A stretch of DNA of 34,227 bases from a virus (IMGVR_UViG_3300044676_001658:1-34227); one strand, 5' to 3'; counted from the stretch's first letter, positions 9,307 to 18,102 are shown. The notes: generated from the sequence alone by a model not told the origin. Numbers and translations are program-made.

Positions 9307-11847
9307 CTACTGTCCTATGCTCACTTTGTAATCAATGCCAAGCAGTGTCATTTTAAGTGGCACCTCTTGGCCGATTGTAACCTGACCATCATATGTATAA
9401 CCCAACATACTAGGCAATGTTTTAATCCCTGTATACTCAGGCACGGCACCGCCAAATACGCCAATGCCAAACTGCCTAAATGGAACCAGCTTGCCGTCAA
9501 TCGTTAATGACTGTGTCTCAAACAATTCCGCATTAACTTCCAATATACGCTTTTTAAAACCTTTTAGCGACCCACTTGGTAAGTTTGGCTCGAATGGCAG
9601 TGTCTTAACCTCTGGCGTAAAGTTGATGCCAACTTGATAGCTGTCAGTAGCCGCTGTGGCAAATGTAATAGTAAACGGGCTAATCCCAACAGTTTGGTCA
9701 GGTTCAACAATACCATCGCGGATTATCTTGACTGTGTCGCCCTCAAGGTGCGCCATAGTGACAGATGACGCGGCACCGCCCGTCTTTGAGCAATCAAGCA
9801 AGGCATCAGCATCAAACAATTCAACATAGTATCTGTCTGTGGCACCAATAGTAAAATCAACGTCTGTCAGCCTGACGGCATCGCTGGATGTGATTGTCAG
9901 GTTGCTACCGCCCGATACTGTGCGCGTAATATCAACAACATTAGCCGCCGGGTTTGGTGCGCTATACGCCGCAACAGAATTGATGGCGGCGGCTAGGTTG
10001 TCTGCCACCTCATCATTTGTTAGTGCGCCGCCGACTTGAAATTCAAGATCTGTGGCCGGGGTGCCAGTCACCGCCGTGAATGTTGTTGATGTCCCGGCGT
10101 TGTCTGTTAGCACAACAGTTTCGCCATTGGCGATGTTAATCGCATCAGTCACCGTGATGCTGGCTGTCGCGTATGGCTGAACCGTGCGCTTGACCACAGT
10201 ATAGATATCATCAACGTCAACACCGATATTTAAGAAATCGCCCTGTGTTGTCCACTCAGACGGCGCAATCACGTTTTGACTGCGAAGCAATGTATAGCAG
10301 GCAATACTGCCATCATCGTCATTTACGATTAGCAGGCGGTCACCCTCATCGGTGCCAGTCGAAACACGCACCGCCATTTCGCCGGGCGATTTCAGCAAGT
10401 GCGATGACAGCAAAGATATCTTGGCTGACGTGTAGGCTTGCACCGTGTCACTATACAAAAACTCTTGCAGTGATTTTCCCTGACGCTGAATGAACAGCGT
10501 GGCACCGTCCACGTTTTGCAGTCTGATGCCGGGCTTTGTGCCAAAAGCCGTTTGCTGTTTGACAATCAAATTGCTTGGCGTGATTGGATTGTCCAATGTT
10601 TGCGGCACATAAAACTCAGCACCTGTTGTAAATATCTGTAAGTGACGCCCAGAGTAAATATCAACAATCGCATTGAATGTGCCAGTATCAAGTGTCGCAG
10701 ACACGGCGGCGTCATCTAAACTCTCACCGGGGTCAAAGTTAAAAAAGTCAGCAACACGCGACCCCCATATTGTTGACGGGCGTTGTTTGCTACCGCCAAA
10801 ATATAAACGCCCCTCGTGGAATGTAACGCTACGCGGCCAGCCGCGTGTTGATGACCACACCTCTTCGTAACCGTGTTCGCTGTACCAGTTGCCGGATGTA
10901 ATGGCGCTGGTATCAAAAAACGGCACCTCAACGTAGGCTTTCATTTTTGTGTCGCTGACATACTCAACGTAACGCGCCCGGCCAAAACCGTTTAACACCA
11001 CGGCGTATTCATCAACAGCGGCTGGGCTAAATGCTGATATTTTATATCCGCTGGTGGCGTTTGGCGCTGTGTCCCAGTCAGGGTAAACAGTTAGAACTTT
11101 GGTGGATGCAACATAATCTTCAACGTGGCGCGTTTGCCCCGCACCCGTGCCTGACGTAATTTCAATAAACATGCCATTAGGCTGATCATTACTAGTAAAA
11201 CTAGACGCCGCCTTTAGCGTGATTGTGCTAGTCGTTCCAGCCTGCGCCGTGCCTGTGTCTGTTGTCACAGATGACGCGGTAATTTCAATGTTGCCGCTAG
11301 TGGCTGACGGCGTGATAGTAAATGTTGGCTCATGCGTATCAAGCGCAAATGCGTATTTAGGTATAAAATCAAATGATATATTGCTGGCAGTCCAATCGCT
11401 GTCAGTGGCACCGCGCACAATTTTTACTGGCTCAAGATCCTCATGCACAATAATTACTGTGTCGGCAGATTGCACCCAATTCATTTCTGGGATGATGGCA
11501 CTAGTGACTGTTGACACAGTCAAGTAGTCATTGCCACCGCCGTTAATGTTTGTAATTTGTGCGCCGTCTTTAAACACATACATTTTGCCGGGTGTAAAAA
11601 CCAGCATGTAACTATCGCTGACACTAAATTCAAAAGAAACCATACGCACGGCTGTGCCAGCGCCACTATCCAACTCAGCAATGAACTTGGTGCCGTCCCG
11701 GCGTTTAGCACCGCCCTGCGGCTGGATACTGACGTTACGCGCTGTGGTCAGGCCAGACTTATATTGTGCAATATCTGTCCGGGCGCGAAGCTTTGGGTCT
11801 AATTCACCAGCCGTAAAATCATTTTGAATAGCAATAATGCGGCTCAT
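9307..11847 (-). CDS. Tail tubular protein B (nozzle, T7 gp12-like)
   Basis: N-terminal Q.DFTAGELDP.L.AR.D...Y...RN...PQGGAKRRDGT and WPRSVTFHEGRLYFGG...IWGSR motifs, beta-rich, follows tail tubular A. Confidence 0.9.
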   Translation of the reverse strand: MSRIIAIQNDFTAGELDPKLRARTDIAQYKSGLTTARNVSIQPQGGAKRRDGTKFIAELDSGAGTAVRMVSFEFSVSDSYMLVFTPGKMYVFKDGAQITNINGGGNDYLTVSTVTSAIIPEMNWVQSADTVIIVHEDLEPVKIVRGATDSDWTASNISFDFIPKYAFALDTHEPTFTITPSATSGNIEITASSVTTDTGTAQAGTTSTITLKAASSFTSNDQPNGMFIEITSGTGAGQTRHVEDYVASTKVLTVYPDWDTAPNATSGYKISAFSPAAVDEYAVVLNGFGRARYVEYVSDTKMKAYVEVPFFDTSAITSGNWYSEHGYEEVWSSTRGWPRSVTFHEGRLYFGGSKQRPSTIWGSRVADFFNFDPGESLDDAAVSATLDTGTFNAIVDIYSGRHLQIFTTGAEFYVPQTLDNPITPSNLIVKQQTAFGTKPGIRLQNVDGATLFIQRQGKSLQEFLYSDTVQAYTSAKISLLSSHLLKSPGEMAVRVSTGTDEGDRLLIVNDDDGSIACYTLLRSQNVIAPSEWTTQGDFLNIGVDVDDIYTVVKRTVQPYATASITVTDAINIANGETVVLTDNAGTSTTFTAVTGTPATDLEFQVGGALTNDEVADNLAAAINSVAAYSAPNPAANVVDITRTVSGGSNLTITSSDAVRLTDVDFTIGATDRYYVELFDADALLDCSKTGGAASSVTMAHLEGDTVKIIRDGIVEPDQTVGISPFTITFATAATDSYQVGINFTPEVKTLPFEPNLPSGSLKGFKKRILEVNAELFETQSLTIDGKLVPFRQFGIGVFGGAVPEYTGIKTLPSMLGYTYDGQVTIGQEVPLKMTLLGIDYKVSIGQ

Positions 11848-11848
11848 G

Positions 11849-12463
11849 CTAGAACCTTATATCGGATATTGGAAACTCTTGTATAGTTTGAGCCGGGCGA
11901 TCAGCGCCGTCAATGTTGATGGCAACGCGCATCAAACCGCCACGCATGTTTTCTGATGGTGCGCCGTATGCCTTTTGGTGATAATAGTCGCCCTTTGTAA
12001 TCTGATCTGTCACTGGTTCGGCAAACTCAGCCGCCAGCGCTGTCTTTAACAGCCGCACAAAATACGGCGGGAATATGGCCTCAGTTGGACGAAACTGGTA
12101 GTCAATCCAAACGTCCTCATAATTTGTGTAAAGGCCAAGGCTGTAAATCTCAAAATCACGCACGGGCTGTGCGGCAACCGCGCCGACATTAAATACGGCC
12201 TTTGGGTTTCCAAGAATGTCACCGGGCAGTGCGTAGGTATATTTCCATTCATTGATTGGGGTGCTAGCCAAACGGCCTAGCTTTACCTTTTTGACAGACC
12301 AACTAAATGGGTACTGCATCAAAATAGTATCGCGGATATCATCGTACAGTCTGTCAGCGACTTGCGCTTCATCTGTACCTGTCGCAAATGACGAAAGGGG
12401 CGCGGCCCCCAGCATAATTAAAGCTTCAGAACATATAGATAGTTTGGTATCGCCCTGCGCCAT
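11849..12463 (-). CDS. Tail tubular protein A (adaptor, T7 gp11-like)
   Basis: ICSEALIMLGAAPLSSF...YPFSWSVK...WKYTYALPGD...PPYFVRLL...LAAEFA, characteristic of podovirus adaptor proteins, and synteny. Confidence 0.88.
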   Translation of the reverse strand: MAQGDTKLSICSEALIMLGAAPLSSFATGTDEAQVADRLYDDIRDTILMQYPFSWSVKKVKLGRLASTPINEWKYTYALPGDILGNPKAVFNVGAVAAQPVRDFEIYSLGLYTNYEDVWIDYQFRPTEAIFPPYFVRLLKTALAAEFAEPVTDQITKGDYYHQKAYGAPSENMRGGLMRVAINIDGADRPAQTIQEFPISDIRF

Positions 12464-12487
12464 TCAACTACTCCAATAAGGGTAAGG

Positions 12488-12508
12488 GGGGCGGGCCTGG
12501 CCCGCCCC
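12488..12508 (-). terminator. GC-rich hairpin after the capsid/cement genes (weak terminator or RNA stabiliser)
   Basis: GGGGCGGGC-CTG-GCCCGCCCC inverted repeat just after the stop at 12516. It has no good U-tract, consistent with partial read-through into tail genes. Confidence 0.55.
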
Positions 12509-12515
12509 TCTAGGA

Positions 12516-12788
12516 TTAGTCGCTGTCGGTCATGCTGATAGCTGTGCCATCAGTCACATCGACCACACCAGATGCATTTGACGCAACCATAACAATATTC
12601 ATTGTTGGTGTTGCACTGTCATGCACAAAGATCACATCGCCGACTGCCAAAGTGTCTGACAGGTCATTGAAATAACCAGATGTGTTCACGTCAGCAATAG
12701 CGTCTGCTGATGTGTAAGTGTAGATTGATGGCGCGTTGCCTGATTTAGCGGCACCAATCACATTCCAACCGTTTGCAGAAAAAGCCAT
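12516..12788 (-). CDS. Putative capsid cement/decoration protein
   Basis: 90-aa beta-rich ORF directly after the major capsid gene, with a strong AAAGGAG RBS and followed by a hairpin, suggesting capsid-level expression. Confidence 0.55.
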   Translation of the reverse strand: MAFSANGWNVIGAAKSGNAPSIYTYTSADAIADVNTSGYFNDLSDTLAVGDVIFVHDSATPTMNIVMVASNASGVVDVTDGTAISMTDSD

Positions 12789-12806
12789 TTTTTATCTCCT
12801 TTCCTA

Positions 12807-13640
12807 CTATTCGGTGCAAGAAATCTTAACAATGCCCTCGTCATCGATGGCGACTGCGCCAGCGCTGAACATTGAAGAAACCAAGAAGCTGGTTTTTTCT
12901 GGGACATAGTTGATTTCAGATTTTTGGTTCATGCCGATACCCATACCCATCGCATCCTTGTGGAATGCAAAGCATGTGCGGGTTGATGGCAGTGGCAAGC
13001 CACCTTCGTCACGATCACCAATTGAGATGAACTTGAAGCCAAGGTAAGTATCGACTTGGCCCTGAACAAGAGCCTTGATCGTGTTGAAGTCGCTTGATTG
13101 CACTTCAGTTTCACCCAACAGGCCAGCAAGATTATTGGCGTGGATGATCATGACGCGACCTTCGGCTGGGACGTTATTTTGATCCATCAGCTTTTTGGCT
13201 TCAATCAGCTTTTCAATGTTCAGGTTTGTGCCTGCGCCACCAACGGTAGTCGCAACGGTAAGCGTTGTGCCTGATGCGTTAAGGGCATCAATAACAAGCT
13301 GATCCATACGTCTGCCGATGGCCCCTGAAACCACCTGCACCAATTCACGGCGTTCGTCAAAATTGACCTTTTGCTGTGAGAAGATGTCTGAGTATTCAGC
13401 GGCGATGTAATCTGACATCGTTGCTGTGACTTGTGAGTAAGTCACATTCAGTGGTGTCACGTCAGTTTGCGGTACGCGAACTGTTGCGGTGCCTTTCCCA
13501 ATTTTAGGGAACTTCACCTGATTGCCCTCAACATTTGAACGCTCGCGAGTTAAGCCAGCCAAGGCACGTTGGGCCTGAAAGGCTTGTTTCACTTCTGCGT
13601 CAAAAAGTTGGACAAATGCGTTGGAAATGCCTACGGCCAT
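12807..13640 (-). CDS. Major capsid protein (HK97 fold)
   Basis: AFVQLFDAEVKQAFQ...VKFPKIG...AIGRRMDQLVIDAL...LVQGQVDTYLGFKFI...GAVAIDDEGIV is typical of BPP-1/HTVC010P-like capsids. It follows the scaffold gene. Confidence 0.92.
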   Translation of the reverse strand: MAVGISNAFVQLFDAEVKQAFQAQRALAGLTRERSNVEGNQVKFPKIGKGTATVRVPQTDVTPLNVTYSQVTATMSDYIAAEYSDIFSQQKVNFDERRELVQVVSGAIGRRMDQLVIDALNASGTTLTVATTVGGAGTNLNIEKLIEAKKLMDQNNVPAEGRVMIIHANNLAGLLGETEVQSSDFNTIKALVQGQVDTYLGFKFISIGDRDEGGLPLPSTRTCFAFHKDAMGMGIGMNQKSEINYVPEKTSFLVSSMFSAGAVAIDDEGIVKISCTE

Positions 13641-13777
13641 CCTACTGTCCTTCCATTAACAAAGTTAAAACGATTTAACGCCTAACAGGTATCCTTTTAC
13701 GGGCTGTGGCTTGGGCATATACGCTACGCCCCCAAGCGGGTTCGACAGGTCAAAGGCTTGATTATCTGTCAAGGGTG

Positions 13778-13806
13778 ATTTTATAGAAAAACGCGGCAGA
13801 TGTAAA
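13778..13806 (-). promoter_or_regulatory. Putative sigma70-type promoter for the capsid gene, embedded in a terminator
   Basis: Minus strand TTTACA-17 nt-TAAAAT, about 135 nt upstream of the capsid ATG. Confidence 0.55.
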
Positions 13807-13817
13807 CAACCGCCGCG
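13787..13817 (-). terminator. Rho-independent terminator after the scaffold gene
   Basis: Minus strand CGCGGCGG-ttgtttacat-CTGCCGCG-TTTTT just after the TAA at 13824. Confidence 0.6.
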
Positions 13818-13823
13818 CCTAGA

Positions 13824-14588
13824 TTAAATTGGTGAATATTCGTCCTTACCAAAAACATTTTCAAACATCTTTTCAACTTTTGCGCGGTACGCCGGGTTGG
13901 TCTGATATTCTGGGTTTCCAACCATAGCCATTAACTCATCTTTCGATGGCGCATCGCTAGTTGGCGACACATCAATAGGCACGGGCTTGTCACCGTAGTA
14001 TGAGCGTATTTTTTGCAGGGCGCGTAGTCCTTGCGCCGTGCCGCCCATAATTTTGAACTCTTCAAAATCATCATCAGACCAGACGCCTTTACGCACTAAG
14101 CCAGACGCCCAATCGGTCATCGATTTAATAGTGAGGTCAGCATTCGGGCCAAGCTTTTCGTATTCCTCTTTAAATGAGATTTCGCCAGCGTCAGCTTCCT
14201 CTGTAGCCATTCCAATAAACGTACTAGCCAGTCCCTCAAATGCCGCCTGACTGATGCCATTTTCTTTTGCCCAGTCTCTATAAACATTATAGAGAGGGTC
14301 ATCGTCACCAATCCCGGCCTCTTCAAAAACACTCGTATCATAGTTTTCAGGGGCTTTATGCTTTCCCTGAGAAAACTTTTTTTGCAGTTCAGCATATGCA
14401 CCTGCCAGATCCTCACCAGTTTTAAACTTTTCCGGCAACCATTCTGGCCGCTCCGGCTCTTGTGTTTCAGCGGCATCTTGTGGGGCCGCGTCAGTTTCAA
14501 GATGTGAAATTGCACTTTCTTCAGCTTGCTGTTGGTTATCGTCACCCTCTACTTGGGCTTCGGCCAACAGACCATCTGTGTCGTTCAT
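13824..14588 (-). CDS. Capsid assembly scaffolding protein
   Basis: Acidic N-terminus, RPEWLPEKF...LAGAYAELQKK motif (T7 gp9-like) and C-terminal PEYQTNPAYRAKVEK. Lies between portal and capsid. Confidence 0.88.
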   Translation of the reverse strand: MNDTDGLLAEAQVEGDDNQQQAEESAISHLETDAAPQDAAETQEPERPEWLPEKFKTGEDLAGAYAELQKKFSQGKHKAPENYDTSVFEEAGIGDDDPLYNVYRDWAKENGISQAAFEGLASTFIGMATEEADAGEISFKEEYEKLGPNADLTIKSMTDWASGLVRKGVWSDDDFEEFKIMGGTAQGLRALQKIRSYYGDKPVPIDVSPTSDAPSKDELMAMVGNPEYQTNPAYRAKVEKMFENVFGKDEYSPI

Positions 14589-14854
14589 AGCATCCTCGCT
14601 CGTTGCATTCGCCGCTCAATTTCTCTGACCAGACTGTTTTGGCCTTCTCTGGCATAACCGTGGCTGGCATCCTCTCCGGGATACCAAGTGGGTTGTTCAA
14701 TCGTTACTGATCGCAGATGGGTGAGCAACTTTTGCCCATCGTCACTGCCAAAGACCCTGAGATACAGACGATCAATGTCGTCTTTATCAACTTGTGATTT
14801 TTTTGAAATTTCTGGGTCTGCTGACTGCAAACCCGCCCAGCCGTCAGGTATCAT
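14585..14854 (-). CDS. Bbp19-like small protein between portal and scaffold
   Basis: Y.RVFGSDDGQKLL.HL.........A.EGQNSLV..I pattern and position, as in Bordetella phage BPP-1 Bbp19 relatives. Confidence 0.75.
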   Translation of the reverse strand: MIPDGWAGLQSADPEISKKSQVDKDDIDRLYLRVFGSDDGQKLLTHLRSVTIEQPTWYPGEDASHGYAREGQNSLVREIERRMQRARML

Positions 14855-16423
14855 TTACATCATCCCTTCTGGTGGTGCCTCTCCCTCAACTGGCGCACCA
14901 CCCTCTGCCTCTGCTTGTGCCTGCATCATCATCGCGGCCTGTTCCATCATCTGCTGACGCTCTTGTGGCGTGGTGCGTAGATCCGCTGGCACACCTAGTT
15001 TGTCAGCCACATAGTCTGCAATAGATCCTGTCTTGACAGCCATCTGACCTTCTGGGCCAAGCGCTGATGACATCTGCACCCACTGCATAATCTTTTCTAT
15101 ATCGCCCATATTCTGTGCTTGTGCAATAGGGCTGACGGGTGTGACCTTTACCTCTAGCCCATTAACGCGCAACGGCATCTCAATCAAGCCACGCTCATCC
15201 ATAATATACAAAATGCGCGATACTAGCGGCACCATTGTTTCTGTGATCAAGCGCCCAAACGCTGACCCAAGGTTTTGTGCCAGTTCTTTCATGCGTTCCG
15301 CAATCTCTGTGGCAGACCGGGCCGACATATTGTCAGGCGGCAGTGTGTCATCAAGCAAGATCTTTTTGACGTTCATGCGTAGGTCATTGATCACGATCTG
15401 CGACACATTGAAATCACCAGAGCGCGGCATCTGGCGCAGGCTCTCGCCTTGTGGGCCACCATTACGCGCAACCGGGATAATCGCACCCGGCTGTATGCGG
15501 ATGTTTTGCGGGTTCAACACGCCATCATCAGCCGCTGTATATACGCCAGCAATTGACAGGCTAGCATTCTTCAACAGCAGTTCTAGCGTCTTGTTTAGCG
15601 TCTTGATGTCTGGGATGGCAGTGACCAGCGGCCCCCGGCCATACACCTCACCCGCCACTTTCATGTACCGGGCCACGATCCAAGGCGATGATTTCATGTA
15701 GCGCTTCAGCAGTTCGGCTTTGCCCTCTGCCCAGATCACATGATAACAATACTCGCCGCTATCCGGGTCATACAACGTAGCCTCAACCAAATCGATTTCT
15801 TGCGTTGGCTTGTCGTCAATCATGCGCTGTAGGCGTTCTGGTATTTCGGCGTCAGTCCAATGTTGTGTGATGGCTTCGCCCTTCAGCCGCATCCGGCGGT
15901 AGACGTTGTCAACCTTGCCGTGTGCGCCCTCTTCAATGCTGACCAAATACTGTGGCACGGCGGTAAAGCGAATAGGCGTCATGTCATCGCCGGGCTGTAC
16001 CAGCATGACGGCGGTGCCAACGGCTAGGTCAAGCAAAAATTCCCCCATCGCCAAATCAAAGTTGGACTGACGCAACAGGCTGAACATTGTGTCAGCGTAC
16101 ATGTCTAGCGCCATTTGCGCTTCAATGCGGCGATCTTCGGGGATTTCCGGCCCCGGCTCTAGGCGGCACCAATGCGCGTATGGCGGGAACAGTCCAGACT
16201 GAATGCGGTTGGCAAATCGCTGTGTCGCATTGATGGCAGTGCTGTCGAACACACGCGCCATTTTGTTTTGGCCCGGCGAACCGCCGCCCTCATAATAGCC
16301 ATCATACAAATTACGCTGTGGCAAGCCAAACTCGTAGCAATCCTCATAGATCTGCCGCCAGTTGTCTTTGCGGCGCTGGGCAATATCGTGGCGCTTTAGG
16401 ATATCTTCAACGCTGTATCTCAT
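14855..16423 (-). CDS. Portal (head-to-tail connector) protein
   Basis: VFDSTAINA..RFANRIQSGLFPP...W, PWIVARY....GEVYGRGP....PDIKTLN and SATEIAER motifs of T7 gp8-like portals; 522 aa. Confidence 0.95.
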   Translation of the reverse strand: MRYSVEDILKRHDIAQRRKDNWRQIYEDCYEFGLPQRNLYDGYYEGGGSPGQNKMARVFDSTAINATQRFANRIQSGLFPPYAHWCRLEPGPEIPEDRRIEAQMALDMYADTMFSLLRQSNFDLAMGEFLLDLAVGTAVMLVQPGDDMTPIRFTAVPQYLVSIEEGAHGKVDNVYRRMRLKGEAITQHWTDAEIPERLQRMIDDKPTQEIDLVEATLYDPDSGEYCYHVIWAEGKAELLKRYMKSSPWIVARYMKVAGEVYGRGPLVTAIPDIKTLNKTLELLLKNASLSIAGVYTAADDGVLNPQNIRIQPGAIIPVARNGGPQGESLRQMPRSGDFNVSQIVINDLRMNVKKILLDDTLPPDNMSARSATEIAERMKELAQNLGSAFGRLITETMVPLVSRILYIMDERGLIEMPLRVNGLEVKVTPVSPIAQAQNMGDIEKIMQWVQMSSALGPEGQMAVKTGSIADYVADKLGVPADLRTTPQERQQMMEQAAMMMQAQAEAEGGAPVEGEAPPEGMM

Positions 16424-16713
16424 GCCTTATTCCTTTTGCTTATAGCCGCCGCTTTCGACTTAGCGTCTGCTTTTGAACTCGCGCCCCAAGCGCGAAGTGA
16501 TAAAAGCAGGCGCGTTGGCTTGCCCTTTTCGTCACGCTCCGGCCCCGGCATGTTGCCCATCCGGGCCAAGAATGATGCCCGGCGTGGGTTGTCGCCGCTC
16601 TTCACTGGTGCTTTAAGGTTCATGCCCTGCGCCCTAGCAGACGCACGGCCCTTTTCATTCAGACCGCCTTTTGGGTTTTTGCCCTCAGATCTTTGCCAAG
16701 CCGGACTAGCCAC
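16420..16713 (-). CDS. Basic phage protein, DUF6321-like
   Basis: PAWQRSEGKNPKGGLNEKGRAS...NLKAPVKSGDNPRRASFLARM...SLRAWG, a recurrent small basic protein in phage head modules. Confidence 0.7.
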   Translation of the reverse strand: MASPAWQRSEGKNPKGGLNEKGRASARAQGMNLKAPVKSGDNPRRASFLARMGNMPGPERDEKGKPTRLLLSLRAWGASSKADAKSKAAAISKRNKA

Positions 16714-16861
16714 GCGCCGCCCTCATATTATCAATAAGATTTGGATATGGACGGCCAGCTTTCTTAGCCGCCCTCATAGCGCTACGTTTTTGCGCTGGCG
16801 TCAAACCCTTTGGCTTGCCAAGATCCTTTGGACGTTTTTTGTCCCAAACTTCTTTAGCCAT
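16706..16861 (-). CDS. Unannotated 51-aa basic protein
   Basis: MAKEVWDKKRPKDLGKPKGLTPAQKRSAMRAAKKAGRPYPNLIDNMRAARG*. TAATG-coupled to the upstream micro-ORF and overlapping the downstream start. Confidence 0.8.
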   Translation of the reverse strand: MAKEVWDKKRPKDLGKPKGLTPAQKRSAMRAAKKAGRPYPNLIDNMRAARG

Positions 16862-16896
16862 TACTTACCGTAACCCTTGCCTTTTTTCTTTGGCAT
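16861..16896 (-). CDS. 11-aa Lys/Gly micropeptide MPKKKGKGYGK
   Basis: G-rich RBS (GGATAGGGGG) upstream of the ATG at 16896. Its TAA overlaps the next ATG, filling the gap exactly. Confidence 0.55.
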   Translation of the reverse strand: MPKKKGKGYGK

Positions 16897-16905
16897 TTAT
16901 GCCCC

Positions 16906-17148
16906 CTATCCTAGTGTTGTTTTCAAACCTTCTTCATCAGTGCCAGACCCAAGTCTGCCACCAGCCAGCAATTGACGCTGGCCCATACGCCGGGCGCGGC
17001 GGGCGGCGGCATCTTGCTTTTCAGCCGCTGTCGCCTCGATTGTTTTTTCCTTGGCCTTGGTTTCAGCCAATTGTTTTGGTTGTTCAACGGGCTTTACAAC
17101 ACCAACAGACTTTGCAAGTTTTGTCATTGCCTTTCCAGCAGATCCCAT
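16906..17148 (-). CDS. Small basic pre-portal virion protein (ends KTTLG)
   Basis: 80 aa, tightly packed with neighbours, shares the RxLL...TLG motif with the next two ORFs. Confidence 0.7.
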   Translation of the reverse strand: MGSAGKAMTKLAKSVGVVKPVEQPKQLAETKAKEKTIEATAAEKQDAAARRARRMGQRQLLAGGRLGSGTDEEGLKTTLG

Positions 17149-17150
17149 AA

Positions 17151-17390
17151 CTATACTCCTAATGTAACCTTTGGCTTTTCAAGACTTGATTTTTGTTGGT
17201 TTGATCTCAACAAAACACGCTGATTGCGTTTTTTCTCTTCATTAGAAACCGCAACAGTGGGTTTGCTTTCTTTATCCTTATCAATACCCGCCGCTTTTTT
17301 CAAAATCGCTTTAGCGCCAACCCCGGTTTCCGGCTCTTTTTTAATGCCAGCGGCTTTCATCAAAATTTGTTTACCGCCCAATCCGCTCAC
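17151..17390 (-). CDS. Small basic pre-portal virion protein (ends KVTLGV)
   Basis: 79 aa, 2-nt gaps to both neighbours, internal repeat K.IL.KAAGI.K. Confidence 0.65.
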   Translation of the reverse strand: MSGLGGKQILMKAAGIKKEPETGVGAKAILKKAAGIDKDKESKPTVAVSNEEKKRNQRVLLRSNQQKSSLEKPKVTLGV

Positions 17391-17392
17391 AA

Positions 17393-17617
17393 CTACACCC
17401 CTAATGTGGTTTGGTCATCGGCTGAACCGCCGCGAACACTAGCTAATAATTGACGCGAACCGCCACGGCGCTGGGCGCGTTGCCGCGCCGCCATCTGACG
17501 TTTCTGCAAATCTTCTTGCGCCGCCAAACGCTCTTCTTGGCGCTTTTGCGCCGCTGTCACCTCTGGCGCTACCTGTTGCGGCGTTGGCATCTTCGGTGTT
17601 TTGAAAACTGCGGTCAT
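17393..17617 (-). CDS. Small basic pre-portal virion protein (ends QTTLGV)
   Basis: 74 aa, ATGA-coupled to the GNAT gene, with an F..PKMP.P N-terminus typical of such proteins. Confidence 0.7.
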   Translation of the reverse strand: MTAVFKTPKMPTPQQVAPEVTAAQKRQEERLAAQEDLQKRQMAARQRAQRRGGSRQLLASVRGGSADDQTTLGV

Positions 17618-18102
17618 TCGTAAATCCTCGCAAACATAATATGGTCAGCGCCAGTGGGGCCGTAATTACGCAACAACCCCTCGCGAGTGAATTTTAACGC
17701 ATCTGCCCACCTGACTGCAAGTTCATTTTCCGCATTTACCGTTAACTGCAACCGCTTTAATCCCTTTGTGGTAGCAAGTTGGTTGAAATAGCGGTGCGTT
17801 GTGCGCGTAAGTGATACAGCCAAGGTATTAATCTGCTTGCCCGTCAATAACCACGCCTCGCCCATACCCGGCCACAGTATGTTTGTGCCGAAGCAAGCGA
17901 CTATCTTGCCGCGATACAGGGCCGTGCAGGCGTCACCCGCCGCCTGAAATGATTTGAGCATTTCATCATAGTCAGGCACGGCATCGTAGTATTCGCGGTC
18001 AAATGGCCGCAAATCCATTACACGCGGGTGCGCCCAGTGAAATGGCACGATCTGCACATAGCGGTTTGTCGATAAATCGTTAAAAGATGCTAAAGTCTGC
18101 AT
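17614..18102 (-). CDS. GNAT-fold acetyltransferase-like protein (T7 gp13-like)
   Basis: IVACFG....WPGMGEAWLL...RLQLTV...NELAVRWADALKFTREGLLRNYGP.GADH.M.A is a RimJ/RimL-like GNAT pattern; follows terminase. Confidence 0.8.
   Translation of the reverse strand: MQTLASFNDLSTNRYVQIVPFHWAHPRVMDLRPFDREYYDAVPDYDEMLKSFQAAGDACTALYRGKIVACFGTNILWPGMGEAWLLTGKQINTLAVSLTRTTHRYFNQLATTKGLKRLQLTVNAENELAVRWADALKFTREGLLRNYGPTGADHIMFARIYE

Noticed and set aside
12789-12830. Programmed frameshift or read-through extending the major capsid protein (T7 10B-like)
   Set aside because: The capsid gene ends in tandem TAG TAG, with no obvious slippery heptamer, and the next gene has its own strong RBS.
13655-13680. 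CtrA boxes from clustered TTAA motifs
   Set aside because: Spacings are 5 and 6 nt here (9 nt at 1239-1255), not the TTAA-N7-TTAA consensus.
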